A DNA stretch of 59,005 bases, counting the filler. It is 7 parts of 7 records of this genome, joined end to end, with 100 filler letters (N's around TTAATTAATTAA, not from the genome) between each part and the next. Parts side by side here need not be neighbours in the genome. Positions count along the whole stretch, not along the records: positions 13,557 to 26,315 come from SRR31156797_5798; positions 26,416 to 33,656 come from SRR31156797_5802; 5 more parts are not named here. One strand, 5' to 3'. Positions within the stretch are counted from its first letter, which is position 1; every line of letters starts with the position of its first letter. Of this stretch, positions 18,630 through 28,836 are shown in pieces. The notes below the pieces were generated by a model. That model made no database searches. It saw nothing but the letters and a program-made list of their open reading frames with translations, and was not told the DNA's origin. Both the position numbers and the translations under genes were made by a program.

Positions 18630-19622
18630 ATGCTAAAAGAAATAGAAGTTTCATCGGACTGCGGTCTCTACCGCATGGACTCCGGAGTGCCGGAGACAAT
18701 CAACCGTTTTATTGCCACCACCCCGGAAACCCGGGCCATTTCAAACGATCCCATGGTGATGGGGATTGACTACACCCGCCGCCTCAAAGCCTCCTGTTCG
18801 CGAATTCTCAAACGTCTTTCCGCCAACGGTCTGACCTGCCTTGAAGAGAAGGAAACCATCGTGTTCGACATCCTGCGGGGAGGATTGAACTTCGGCCTTC
18901 GCGAGGCCCTTGCCGATGCCTTTGGGTGGAACCGCCACGGATGCTCCTTTATCAGCGCCCAGCGGGCCCGTATGGACGATTCCCCGGAGCAGTGGCACAT
19001 CATTGAAAGCGAATACAGTAAAGTCTACATGCCGAAAACCGCAAGCATCGTGATCGGGGACGTGGTGGCCACGGGCACAAGCCTTGAGCACGCCATGCGC
19101 GCCCTGGTGGCCGAGACGGAAAAGCAGGGCACCAGCCTGCGGTCCGTGGTGTTCTTCACCATTGGCGGCCCCCGTGCCGCAGAGATCCTCCAGGCCACGG
19201 ATGCCATGTGCCGGGAGCGTTTTCCCGCCTATGAAGGCACCACCCTGATCTATCTGGAGGGATGCTTTACCGTTCCCGTTCCTGAAACCCCGCTCAAGAT
19301 CAAACTCACCGGAACCGACCTGGTTCGCCTCGATGCCGTCATGGCGCCGGAGTTCATCGAATCCCAGTATGAAGCCCCGGGCTTTCCCATCCAGCGCTGC
19401 ACCATCTACGATGCCGGCTCCCGCGCCTTCTGGACGCCGGAGTACCTGGAAGATCTCCATGGGTACTGGTCCGAGGTGAAGAAGCTTGCCGACGAAGGCC
19501 TGAGCTTTGAGGAGCTTCTCAAGGAGCGGTTCCCGGATCTCGATCCCGTACGGTTTGGTGATGTGGATCTGGGCGCGGTCTGCGATAAGCAGCTGGCCCA
19601 GGCGGCTGAATTACTGGCATAA
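18630..19622 (+). CDS. type I phosphoribosyltransferase, distant UPRT-like
   Basis: ILRGG motif and PRPP-binding loop IVIGDVVATGTS; GGGAG RBS. Confidence 0.7.
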   Translation: MLKEIEVSSDCGLYRMDSGVPETINRFIATTPETRAISNDPMVMGIDYTRRLKASCSRILKRLSANGLTCLEEKETIVFDILRGGLNFGLREALADAFGWNRHGCSFISAQRARMDDSPEQWHIIESEYSKVYMPKTASIVIGDVVATGTSLEHAMRALVAETEKQGTSLRSVVFFTIGGPRAAEILQATDAMCRERFPAYEGTTLIYLEGCFTVPVPETPLKIKLTGTDLVRLDAVMAPEFIESQYEAPGFPIQRCTIYDAGSRAFWTPEYLEDLHGYWSEVKKLADEGLSFEELLKERFPDLDPVRFGDVDLGAVCDKQLAQAAELLA

Positions 19623-19645
19623 AATGCTATTACTGGCATAAAATG
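19610..19645. repeat. 17-bp direct repeat (19-bp period)
   Basis: ATTACTGGCATAAAATG at 19610-19626 and 19629-19645. Confidence 0.9.
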
Positions 19646-19671
19646 TTGCAATAAAATAAGCGGAGGATGAA

Positions 19672-20928
19672 ATGAAGACAAAAGGACGTGTAGATAGCGA
19701 TTTTGCCCTGGGCCACGTGAGCGGTTCCCACCAGAAAGGGTTTCTGCCCATGATGGTGGTGATGCTGGGATTTACTTTTTTTTCAGCCAGCATGTGGGCC
19801 GGCGGCAAGCTTGGCACGGGGCTGACCGCCCTTCAACTAATCGGTGCCGTGATGGCCGGCAACCTGATCCTTGGCTGCTATACGGCGTTTCTGGCCGCCA
19901 TTGCCGCAAGGACGGGGCTTTCCACCCATCTGCTGGCCCGGTACTCCTTTGGTGAAAAGGGGTCCTATCTTCCTTCCCTGCTGCTGGGCCTCACCCAGGT
20001 GGGCTGGTTCGGTGTGGGTGTTGCCATGTTTGCCCTGCCGGTTCAGAAGGTTACCGGCTGGGACATCAATCTTCTGATCGGCGTATCCGGACTCGTCATG
20101 ACAGCCACGGCCTGGTTCGGGATCCGGGCATTGACGATTTTAAGTCTTATCGCGGTGCCCGCCATTGCGGTGCTCGGGTTCGTCTCCGTGGGCACGGCGT
20201 TTTCGGAGTTCGGCGGCATGGAAGCATGGTTTGCCATGGTGCCGTCCGAGCCCATGGGACTGTTCACAGCCATCGGTATCTGCGTGGCCTCCTTTATCAG
20301 CGGCGGCACCCTGACGCCCGACTTTACCCGGTTTTCCAAAAGCACGAAGGTGGCGGTGTCCACCACGGTTATCGCCTTTTTCCTGGGCAACAGCCTGATG
20401 TTCCTCTTCGGCGCTGTGGGCGCGACCTTTTATCAGCAGGCCGATATCTCGGAAGTGCTGCTCAAGCAGGGCATGATCCTATGGGCCATGATCATCCTGG
20501 GGCTCAACATCTGGACCACCAATGACAACGCCCTTTACGCCTCCGGCCTCGGGTTTTCCAACATCACAAAACTGCCGAAAAAGATGCTGGTCCTTTTTAA
20601 CGGCGTGGTGGGAACCCTCATGGCCCTCTATCTCTACAACAATTTTGTGGGCTGGCTCAGCCTGCTGAATACCATGCTTCCCTCCATCGGCGGCATCATC
20701 ATCGCCGACTATTACATGATCAAAAGGGGGCACTACACCCGTCTTGAAGACACCTGCTTTCAACAGGTCCGGCCCACGGCCGTGATCGCGTGGCTTGCCG
20801 GTGTGCTTGCGGCCCGGTACATTCCCGGCATCGCCCCGGTCAACAGCGTGCTTTGCGCCATCGGCGTCTACCTGGTTGCCGAGCAGGCCGCGGCAAGCAT
20901 CCGGACAACGGAAACCGCAAAATCCTAG
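19672..20928 (+). CDS. codB: cytosine permease (NCS1 family)
   Basis: GFTFFSASMW, TGLSTHLLARYSFGEKGS, TQVGWFGVGVAMFA, NIWTTNDNALY. Confidence 0.92.
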   Translation: MKTKGRVDSDFALGHVSGSHQKGFLPMMVVMLGFTFFSASMWAGGKLGTGLTALQLIGAVMAGNLILGCYTAFLAAIAARTGLSTHLLARYSFGEKGSYLPSLLLGLTQVGWFGVGVAMFALPVQKVTGWDINLLIGVSGLVMTATAWFGIRALTILSLIAVPAIAVLGFVSVGTAFSEFGGMEAWFAMVPSEPMGLFTAIGICVASFISGGTLTPDFTRFSKSTKVAVSTTVIAFFLGNSLMFLFGAVGATFYQQADISEVLLKQGMILWAMIILGLNIWTTNDNALYASGLGFSNITKLPKKMLVLFNGVVGTLMALYLYNNFVGWLSLLNTMLPSIGGIIIADYYMIKRGHYTRLEDTCFQQVRPTAVIAWLAGVLAARYIPGIAPVNSVLCAIGVYLVAEQAAASIRTTETAKS

Positions 20929-21286
20929 GGATTTATCTGCCCGGCGCCCCCTCCTGTAATCTCCGGTGGCGGCGCCGGGTATGACCTTGACTTTCCAGGG
21001 AAAAATACACATTTTCATTGCATGTACAGTTAGGGTAAGGAGGATATCATAACAAACATAAAAAAGTGCAACCTTCCTCGAGATCTTTCTCAACAGCACC
21101 TGAGATGGTTACTGTCCGGTAATTCCCTATAGAACGTGCTTCATTTTCCGCCCCGTTTCAATCCCCGTCTCCATTCCTTTTCCATGGCTTCACCTGAGCG
21201 TTACCACCCCGTCATAAAGCGATTCAAATTCGCCATATCCGGGAATTTAAAATTGCCTGTAACGTTTGACCCGAAGGGAGGAGAAT

Positions 21287-21421
21287 ATGCAGAAAAATAG
21301 GAAAATGTGCATACCCGGTGCATCTTACTCGGTGGCCTACGGCATTAACGCCACCACCGTAGTGGGAGGGTATATGGATTCCACCGGCTCGCATGCATTC
21401 ATGGCGACGCCAGTACCGTAA
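21287..21421 (+). pseudogene. 44-aa remnant of a HAF-repeat extracellular protein
   Basis: GGAGGAG RBS; MQKNRKMC fused to PGASYSVAYGINATTVVGGY...HAFMATPVP. Confidence 0.55.
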
Positions 21422-21527
21422 ACACCCCATTCGGAAAAAATTGACCGGATGATAGCGGACCCGTAGCTTTATCGTTTGCAGGGATCGTGGACAAAGTGCC
21501 ATGGTCCCTTTTAAAGGAGAAAAAATC

Positions 21528-22433
21528 ATGAAAGAGAAAGCACAAGCCATGGTCATGGCTTCCCTGGCCGCGGATTCCCTGGCGCTGGGGGTTCACTGGA
21601 GTTATGATGCAAGGAAAATCAAATCGGAGCACGGGCTGGTGAACCGGTTGCTCGCTCCGAAACAGGATTCCTACCACCCGACAAAGAAAATAGGGGCGTT
21701 TACCCATTATGGGGACCAGACCCTGGTTCTGCTGGCGTCCGTCGCGGCCTCAGGCGGATTTGACCTCGGTGATTTCTATCAGCGGTGGCAGGCGCTGTTC
21801 AAGGAATATGACGGTTACCTTGATATGGCCACCAAAGGGACCCTCAGTAAAATCGCCCGGGGGAAAAGTCCGAACTGCTGCGGGTCGGATTCAAACGATA
21901 TTGCAGGCGCTTCAAGAATCGCCCCCCTCATCCTCAGCCTTCGGGAAAAACCGGATCAGCTGGTGGAGGCCGCCCGGGCCCAGACCATGATGACCCATCA
22001 GGATATGACCACTTTGGACTGTGCCGAGTTTTTCTCCCTGGTTGCCCTGGAATGCCTCAACGGCACCCTTCCGTCGGAGGCGGTCCGGAATGTTGCCCGG
22101 GAGGAATTCAGCGACTCCCCCATTGGCCAATGGACCCGCCAGGGCCTTGACGCCAGGGACGAGGAAAGTGTTCCCGCCGTTATCCGGTTCGGTCAGTCCT
22201 GCCACACCACCGACGCCTTTGCCGGGATTATCCAGATCATCGCAAAATATGAGGGGGATCTTTCCCAGGGCGTGATCCAGGCGGTCATGGCCGGGGGAGA
22301 CAATGCCGCCCGGGCAAGTATCACGGCAATGATCCTTGCGGCCCACCAGGGATTGGATTCAAAAACACGGGAGTGGTTCCAGGGCCTTGGGAAAAAGGAT
22401 ACCATTGAACAATTGCTGGACAAAATCGGTTGA
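21528..22433 (+). CDS. ADP-ribosylglycohydrolase family protein
   Basis: ADSLALGVHW, THYGDQ, MTH, GGDNAAR. Confidence 0.88.
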   Translation: MKEKAQAMVMASLAADSLALGVHWSYDARKIKSEHGLVNRLLAPKQDSYHPTKKIGAFTHYGDQTLVLLASVAASGGFDLGDFYQRWQALFKEYDGYLDMATKGTLSKIARGKSPNCCGSDSNDIAGASRIAPLILSLREKPDQLVEAARAQTMMTHQDMTTLDCAEFFSLVALECLNGTLPSEAVRNVAREEFSDSPIGQWTRQGLDARDEESVPAVIRFGQSCHTTDAFAGIIQIIAKYEGDLSQGVIQAVMAGGDNAARASITAMILAAHQGLDSKTREWFQGLGKKDTIEQLLDKIG

Positions 22434-22536
22434 CGGCCCGGGGAAGGACCGGCCGGGGAGGGGAATCATCCGGCAGGGCTTTTCTTTGTGTGATCTTTTC
22501 CGGAAGGGGAATTTGCGCAAAATCAATTACTATTAA

Positions 22537-23346
22537 CTATTCGTAAAATTCGGTTTCCCTCTGCTTGTACTCATTCGAATTCCTCACCGCTTCTACGGCG
22601 TCCCAGAATTTTTCAGAAAACCCGGGATAGCGCTTCACAAACTGATGGGAGAGCATGATGAAATAGGGCTTCTGGTGAAATGGTTTTTTATTCGTCTCAT
22701 ACTTGACAATATCTTTCCGATAGAGAGGCTTGCCGGCTATGATCTGATCGGCCCGGTCGGTCTGGATGGCGGCCGCTGCGATGCGATTATGGGAGAGCAG
22801 ATAGAGAATGCGCTCGGGGTCGGCGCTGGAGTCATTGAGGCTGACATCAAATTTCCTAAGGGACGGAATTATTGAAAAAGAGCGCTGCACGCCTATGTCC
22901 GTCACACCAAGCCCACTGACCAGGTTTTTAAATTTATCGCCGTCAAACGTAAGCTTTGAACCCTTCAGGATATAAAGGGAATATCCGGACGTGTGGATGC
23001 GCCTGTCTCCATCCAGCTCGCCGTCTTTAAGGGGGTAGCAGCCGTACTTTTCACGCCCGGGCTTGTAGCTGGCCGCAAACACGCCGTCCAGATTCCCCCG
23101 CTGCATGGTCACCAGCGCCCTGGTCCATGGATATCCCACCGTTTTGATTTCGATACCGATTTCAGCCTGCAGCAGGGCTATCAATTCCAGATCCAGTCCC
23201 CTATACCCGTCATTGCCCCTGAGCACCCAGGGATAGGCGTTCTGATCCTCATGCCCCAGCGTCATCATTGAAGGCTGATCTTCGGCATGGGACGAACTGA
23301 AAATTAATATCAGTAAAAATGTCAAAAAAATAGATCTGAAATCCAT
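22537..23346 (-). CDS. periplasmic substrate-binding protein (SBP_bac_3-like)
   Basis: Signal peptide; YPW, PWTRAL, ASYKPGRE. Confidence 0.8.
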   Translation of the reverse strand: MDFRSIFLTFLLILIFSSSHAEDQPSMMTLGHEDQNAYPWVLRGNDGYRGLDLELIALLQAEIGIEIKTVGYPWTRALVTMQRGNLDGVFAASYKPGREKYGCYPLKDGELDGDRRIHTSGYSLYILKGSKLTFDGDKFKNLVSGLGVTDIGVQRSFSIIPSLRKFDVSLNDSSADPERILYLLSHNRIAAAAIQTDRADQIIAGKPLYRKDIVKYETNKKPFHQKPYFIMLSHQFVKRYPGFSEKFWDAVEAVRNSNEYKQRETEFYE

Positions 23347-23526
23347 GTCCCGATTTCCCCGCTCTTTATTGGGACATATTATACTTGATCTCAAATAAAA
23401 ATAAACACAATTGTATTTTGGGGCAGTTTCCCACGAAGATACCGTGGCACGCTCCGGAGGGAATGACTTTGCTGTGGTATTGACAAACTCACAAGAAAAA
23501 AAGAGCTTCTTTCTGTGGGTGGGAAA

Positions 23527-23856
23527 CTAGAAAAATCCCAAAGTGACCCCTGCCCTGAAAGAATTTGCATCGCCGGACGCTTGAGTTATAACATTAACCG
23601 GTTCCGCTGCTGTCTGGGCGATAGCAACCGGGCCTGTAAGAGATGAAAGATTCTCCGAATGATCCAAAGCCGAGGCTATATAAGAAATACATACAGCGCC
23701 CATGCCAGCGGGTTTGGAAACATCACCTGCGACTTCAGCGGCAGTACCTATCTGGCCGGTGAGATTCTTCAGTTCGTCCTCGGACATGGGCTCCAATGCA
23801 AGGGCCGGTAAACTCATTGTTGACAAAAGAATCAGTGCTGTTATTAGTATTTTCAT
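23527..23856 (-). CDS. small exported protein (DUF6160-like N-terminus)
   Basis: Signal peptide followed by ALEPMSEDELKNLTGQ. Confidence 0.55.
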   Translation of the reverse strand: MKILITALILLSTMSLPALALEPMSEDELKNLTGQIGTAAEVAGDVSKPAGMGAVCISYIASALDHSENLSSLTGPVAIAQTAAEPVNVITQASGDANSFRAGVTLGFF

Positions 23857-24410
23857 TGTTTTTACCCTTGTCGATGAGCAATTAAACCGCATTTTAGATT
23901 TTTTAACGATCATGCGTATGAAAATTAGTTATTTACAATTCATGTCTGGTTAAATCTTTCCCGGAAACATAATCAGCAGTTCGTTGAATAAATAAGCAAT
24001 TTTAGACAAATATTTATTATTTCGTGCTAACGATGATTGGACTCGAAATCAAACACTATAGTGTCGAACACTGTTCTATCTAATAAGCGTGTATCTGTCA
24101 ACTGAATATTCTCATTCTTAATTGATTGCTATTAACTGTTGCCGAATAACGTTCGGAAATCTAAGGGCTTTGTTGAAGGCTTCGGGCGGTGTGACAGAAG
24201 GGGTTTTTAGTCTTTTTCCAAAAATACAGGCAGAATGGCGATAATTCGGGGGATTGGGCTCTGGTTTGACATTTTCAAGTACTTTATCTCCATCTAATGT
24301 TTCATTTACGATAAGGTCCATTCCGATTTGATCCGGTTTGAGCCAATGTTTGAATAAAGCTCGTTTCTGTAAATGTTAAAGGTCTGGAGACCTGCTCAAT
24401 AAAACAGGCA

Positions 24411-25223
24411 TTATATATCCGGAAAGTCCGGTTCTTTTTTTTCCAGAAACGCGGCCACCCCGTGGTAACATTCACCGGATACAATCAGGGACACGGCCTT
24501 GTCCGCTTCGAGATCGAGGGAGTGATCCAGCGAAAGGTTCCGGCTTTGACGTATTATTCCCAGGGCCTGCCTGACCGCACCGGGACCGTTTTTCGCGATG
24601 GTTTGAGCCAGTTCAATTGCTTCTGCCAGTGCCTGGCCGGGCCGGCTGATCCTGTTGGTCAACCCGAGGCCAAGGGCTTCATCCGCCCGGACTTTCCGGG
24701 CCGTGAGAATAAGGTCCGCCGCCCGGGAGGCGCCGACCAGGTGGCTGAGGGTGGCGCCTCCTCCCCAGTCCGGCATCAGCCCAAGCTTGACTTCGGAAAA
24801 ACAGATTACTGCATTGGGGTCCATGACCCGCAGATCACAACGGGTCGCAAGTTCCGCTCCTCCGCCGTAGGCCATGCCGTTTAAAGCGGCAATGATTGGC
24901 ACCGGCAGCCCCACGAAATCATCGACCGCTTTTCGCAAGCGCCCGATGGCCTTTTCAGCGGGAGCCCTGTCCCCCTTTTCCACCGAATCGATAAAGGCTG
25001 ATACCATGGGATTGTCTGGGTTTACGTCAAACCCGGCACTGAACGCTTTATCGCCTTCACCGGTAATGACTATCCCCCGGGGCAGATCCTTTTTTAATTC
25101 GCCGGTTATTTTTTCAAGCTCGGAAAACATGTGCGAATTAAATGCATTCCTTCTGTGGGGGCGATGGATGGTCACAACGGCAACTTTGCCGTCCCTTTCC
25201 AGACTGATATTCTCCTGGCTCAT
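24411..25223 (-). CDS. enoyl-CoA hydratase/isomerase family protein
   Basis: RRNAFN, AFSAGFD, AYGGGAELA, EVKLGLMPDWGG. Confidence 0.9.
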   Translation of the reverse strand: MSQENISLERDGKVAVVTIHRPHRRNAFNSHMFSELEKITGELKKDLPRGIVITGEGDKAFSAGFDVNPDNPMVSAFIDSVEKGDRAPAEKAIGRLRKAVDDFVGLPVPIIAALNGMAYGGGAELATRCDLRVMDPNAVICFSEVKLGLMPDWGGGATLSHLVGASRAADLILTARKVRADEALGLGLTNRISRPGQALAEAIELAQTIAKNGPGAVRQALGIIRQSRNLSLDHSLDLEADKAVSLIVSGECYHGVAAFLEKKEPDFPDI

Positions 25224-25574
25224 ATCATACTCCTTTCCGTGGTGGGTCGTATCCCGGTTGATGATTATCGGATTATCGGCTTTTTTTCGACAATAAGCAA
25301 GTTTCTGTTCCATTTTATGTTCATGAGACTTATCGGCGATATACAATCCCTGTAAATAAAATAGTGGTTTATCCTTTACATGGGGATTGTTTTGGTATAT
25401 TGGTAGCGGCTTGTGATTTTTGAGCCTTTTAGAAAATATTAAAATGGGCCCGGTTGAAAAAGAACAGGCCTCTGATGCAGATTAAAATTCATCCCCTACG
25501 CTTTGGGTCACGTTTTGTGGCCGGCGATTTTAAATTCCTGAAAAAACTAAGTCAATAATTTAACGAGGTAAGAG

Positions 25575-26315
25575 ATGATAATCAAAAAGCTGAACAATTT
25601 AAGGCTTCGAACCCATATGATGATTTCCATCGGGACGATCGCTTTTCTGGCCTTTGCCGTGACGATTTCCTTTGTATCCATCCGGACCGGCAGGATGGCC
25701 GGTTTGCGGGGATCGTCGCCGCCGATATCGATCTGTCCCGGTTTAATAAGCTGGTTTCCGAAATCAAAGTGTTTGAGACAGGATATATCAGTATTATTGC
25801 CAACGACGGCACATATGTGTCACACCCTGATGCTGAAAGAATTGGAAAACCATTTCTTTCAGCCAACCCCTGGGCGCAATCCTTCATGGGTAAGATAAAA
25901 TCCGGAAAAGGGTTTATCACGGAAAATCATTCAAAGACGTCGGGAGAATATGTGGAACGGATATGCGTCCCCATCAAGATCGGACGAACCACGACGCCCT
26001 GGTCGGTTCTTGTGAGCATTCCCCACGGCAAGGTGACTGAAGATGCAAGACGCCTGATGTATATGGGGATTGGTATCGGCGCCATCTTCAGGGATGTAAA
26101 GAGCGGTGTGGAAACCCTTCACTCCTCGTCCACGGAGTTGTCAGCAATCTCCCGGCAGATGGCTGCCGGCTTTGAAGATACCTCCGATAAATCCGACAAG
26201 GTAAACAATGCGGCCCAGGGTATGAACGCGAACATGAACTCTGTTGCCGCCGCGTCTGAACAGGCCATGACGAACCTGAACCTGGTCGCCGCCGCAACGG
26301 AAGAGATGACCTCCA
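25575..26315 (+). pseudogene. internally deleted, frameshifted methyl-accepting chemotaxis protein (Cache-MCP)
   Basis: TM1 in one frame; Cache part (ETGYISIIANDG..HPD) in another; TM2/HAMP largely missing before the MCP domain; runs off the contig. Confidence 0.75.
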
Positions 26316-26415
26316 NNNNNNNNNNNNNNNNNNNNNNNNNNNNNNNNNNNNNNNNNNNNTTAATTAATTAANNNNNNNNNNNNNNNNNNNNNNNNNNNNN
26401 NNNNNNNNNNNNNNN
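26316..26415. other. artificial contig linker
   Basis: N44-TTAATTAATTAA-N44. Confidence 0.98.
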
Positions 26416-27648
26416 CCATTGATGGGCAATATTCCCTATCATCTCTCCCATGGAAGCTAACTTTTCTGATTTAAAAACACGAATTTGTGCTTGTTTGTTT
26501 TTATCTACCTCTTGTTGAATTCTATGTTCAAGGTCAGTATTTATCTTTTGAAGTGCTTTTGTTTTCTCTTCCACCTCTTGTTCTAATCTGTTTTGATGAT
26601 TCAGTGTGAGGTAGATAAGCGCAAAGATAATTACTAAGGCAATAAAAACAGTTGGAACGATCATATTCCCATCTTGAATAATGTTGTAGATAATATAATC
26701 ATCAGTATGTGCTACGATATAAGCCACCACTTTTTTATGTTGAATATTTTTTATAGGTAAAAAAGAGATCACTTTGGCTTGATCTTTTAGTTTGACATAG
26801 ATACTAAATGGTTTTTGAGTTTGGATATGTTTATCAATTAAGGCTTCTTTTCCTTTTAAATATTGGATCTCTTTTTGTCGTAATACTTTATTGAAGTTAT
26901 GGGAAGTAAGTGTATACATATAATCTTTATGTTCTACACTTTGGATATATTTTTCAGCCATACCAGGTTCTTTCCAAGCTTTTACTTCAAATATCTCTTT
27001 ATTGACAATATAGTGTGTATGAAGCTTATTGGAATTTTCTAGTTTATCTTGTAGATATTTTGTAGAGAGTGAGATCTCTGCTGCACCAATATGGTTTTTT
27101 TCAGTATCAAATAAAGGAAATACATACCGTATAGCATGTACTGTTTTGCCTTGTTCAAAGCCGTGAACAGTATTTTTTGTCTCATTGACATATTTATAGC
27201 TGTATCGAATATCACTTAGATCATCCCCAAATTTTTCAGGTTTATGTTCTCTTAAAAAAGTGACATTATTTGGAAATTGGAATTGGAATTGTAAAATCCC
27301 TCTTGAATGGATCCTTTCATAAAAGGGAAGAAGATATTCATAAAGTTCTTGTCGTAAAACTGCTTGTTCTTGGGGAGTTTTATTGTAAGCATATTTAATG
27401 ATATTTAAAACTTTTGGATCGCTTGTGATTTCTGAGCGAATACTTTTTACATCTGAATAAAAATAGTCTAAAGAGAGATTATAATGCACAGTGAGATTTT
27501 CTAATCTATTTTGTAATTCAAGCTCTATTCTGCTTTGTTGATTGATAGTATGAAAATAATAAAAAATACTAAATACAATAAAAAATGAGAGAAATAAAAA
27601 AAGTTTTAGGTGTTTAAAAATTTGAGTATGTGTAAGAGCTTTGTTCAT
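26416..27648 (-). CDS. Cache-domain sensor histidine kinase, 3' truncated
   Basis: Two TM segments, FLREHKPEKFGDDLS, H-box MGEMIGNIAHQW. Confidence 0.88.
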
Positions 27649-27753
27649 ATCAAATTTCCTTGAAATAATTTGTATATTATTTCATTTATACACTTAACAA
27701 ATCATTACTCTATAAAATTATAGATAAGATTTTTTAATATAAAATTATTAAAT

Positions 27754-28659
27754 TTATAAGACTCTAAAGAGCATATAAGTTGTAAAAAAAGAAAAAAGTA
27801 TCCCATATCCTAAAATACTACTGATAAGTTTTGGAGCCATTCCAGCTAATGATGCCATAGCTCCAGCTGTAATCATAGGTGCCATAGCTGATTCCATAAT
27901 AGAGATAGTAGCTATTTTCCCTTCCCAGCTAAAGAGTTTGCAGATAAGGATTGCTAAAATTGGAGCGATGATTAGTTTTACAAAAAGAGCAAGACTGAGT
28001 GGCTTGATATCACTTTTAGGCAAGATCAATTGTAACTGCATCCCCACAGCAATAATAGCAAAAGGAACAATAGTACTTGCTATGAGCTGTAAAATATTTT
28101 CAATAGTTGCAGTATATTCTATCCCTACAAGTGTAAAAGCAAAAAGTAAAGAGAGAAAAGGGGGAAAGGTAAAAAGCTTTTTGAAAATAGCTTTGATACT
28201 CACTTGTGTTCCGTTTGAGTAATATGCAACAATAATAGTGCCATAAGTAGCAAGGGCTAAAAAGCTTCCAAATTGATCATAGATAAGTACATAAGGAAGA
28301 GCTTCTACTCCATAATAAGATTGGATAATTGGGATCCCTAAAAATGAAGTGTTTCCAAGTGGAGCTAAAAGTAATAATACCCCTTCAACCTCTTTAGAAA
28401 ACTGAAAATATCTTGATACAAGAAGTATTAGAATTGCTGAGAGTAAGATCACACTCCATGCGATTACTACTGGGATCATATTATCCTTTGAGATCTCAAG
28501 TTGTGGGATCTGTAAAAGGATCATGGCTGGAAGTGAAAGATAGATCACTAGTTTATTTAAAATATTTGGAAAGTTTTGTTTAAAAAAAGGAGTATTGCTA
28601 AATATATATCCAAAAACTAGATAGATAAAAATAAGAGTAAAGTTTGACATACGCTCCAA
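27754..28659 (-). CDS. AEC (auxin efflux carrier) family transporter
   Basis: Many TM segments; GNTSFLGIP, FPPF, KLIIAP, ESAMAP. Confidence 0.88.
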   Translation of the reverse strand: MERMSNFTLIFIYLVFGYIFSNTPFFKQNFPNILNKLVIYLSLPAMILLQIPQLEISKDNMIPVVIAWSVILLSAILILLVSRYFQFSKEVEGVLLLLAPLGNTSFLGIPIIQSYYGVEALPYVLIYDQFGSFLALATYGTIIVAYYSNGTQVSIKAIFKKLFTFPPFLSLLFAFTLVGIEYTATIENILQLIASTIVPFAIIAVGMQLQLILPKSDIKPLSLALFVKLIIAPILAILICKLFSWEGKIATISIMESAMAPMITAGAMASLAGMAPKLISSILGYGILFSFFTTYMLFRVL

Positions 28660-28836
28660 GCCCTTTGCTTTTTTGGAAATATAACAGAATTTTATTAAAA
28701 AAGATATCTCTTTTGATCAAATCTTAAAAATTAATAGCAGAGATCTTTATCTCTCAACAGAAGTTATTTATAAGAGTTTTGTTATTATGTTTTATAATTA
28801 ACATAAATACTTTTGTCTTAGGAGTATACTTTCAAG

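Noticed and set aside
24118-24321. 67-aa minus-strand ORF after the enoyl-CoA hydratase
   Set aside because: No recognisable motif or clear RBS; cannot support a call.
6905-26297. Many long antisense or overlapping ORFs in the GC-rich contigs (e.g. 10058-11068, 10996-11754, 12686-13447, 17498-18238)
   Set aside because: Shadow ORFs of well-supported genes on the opposite strand; no motifs.
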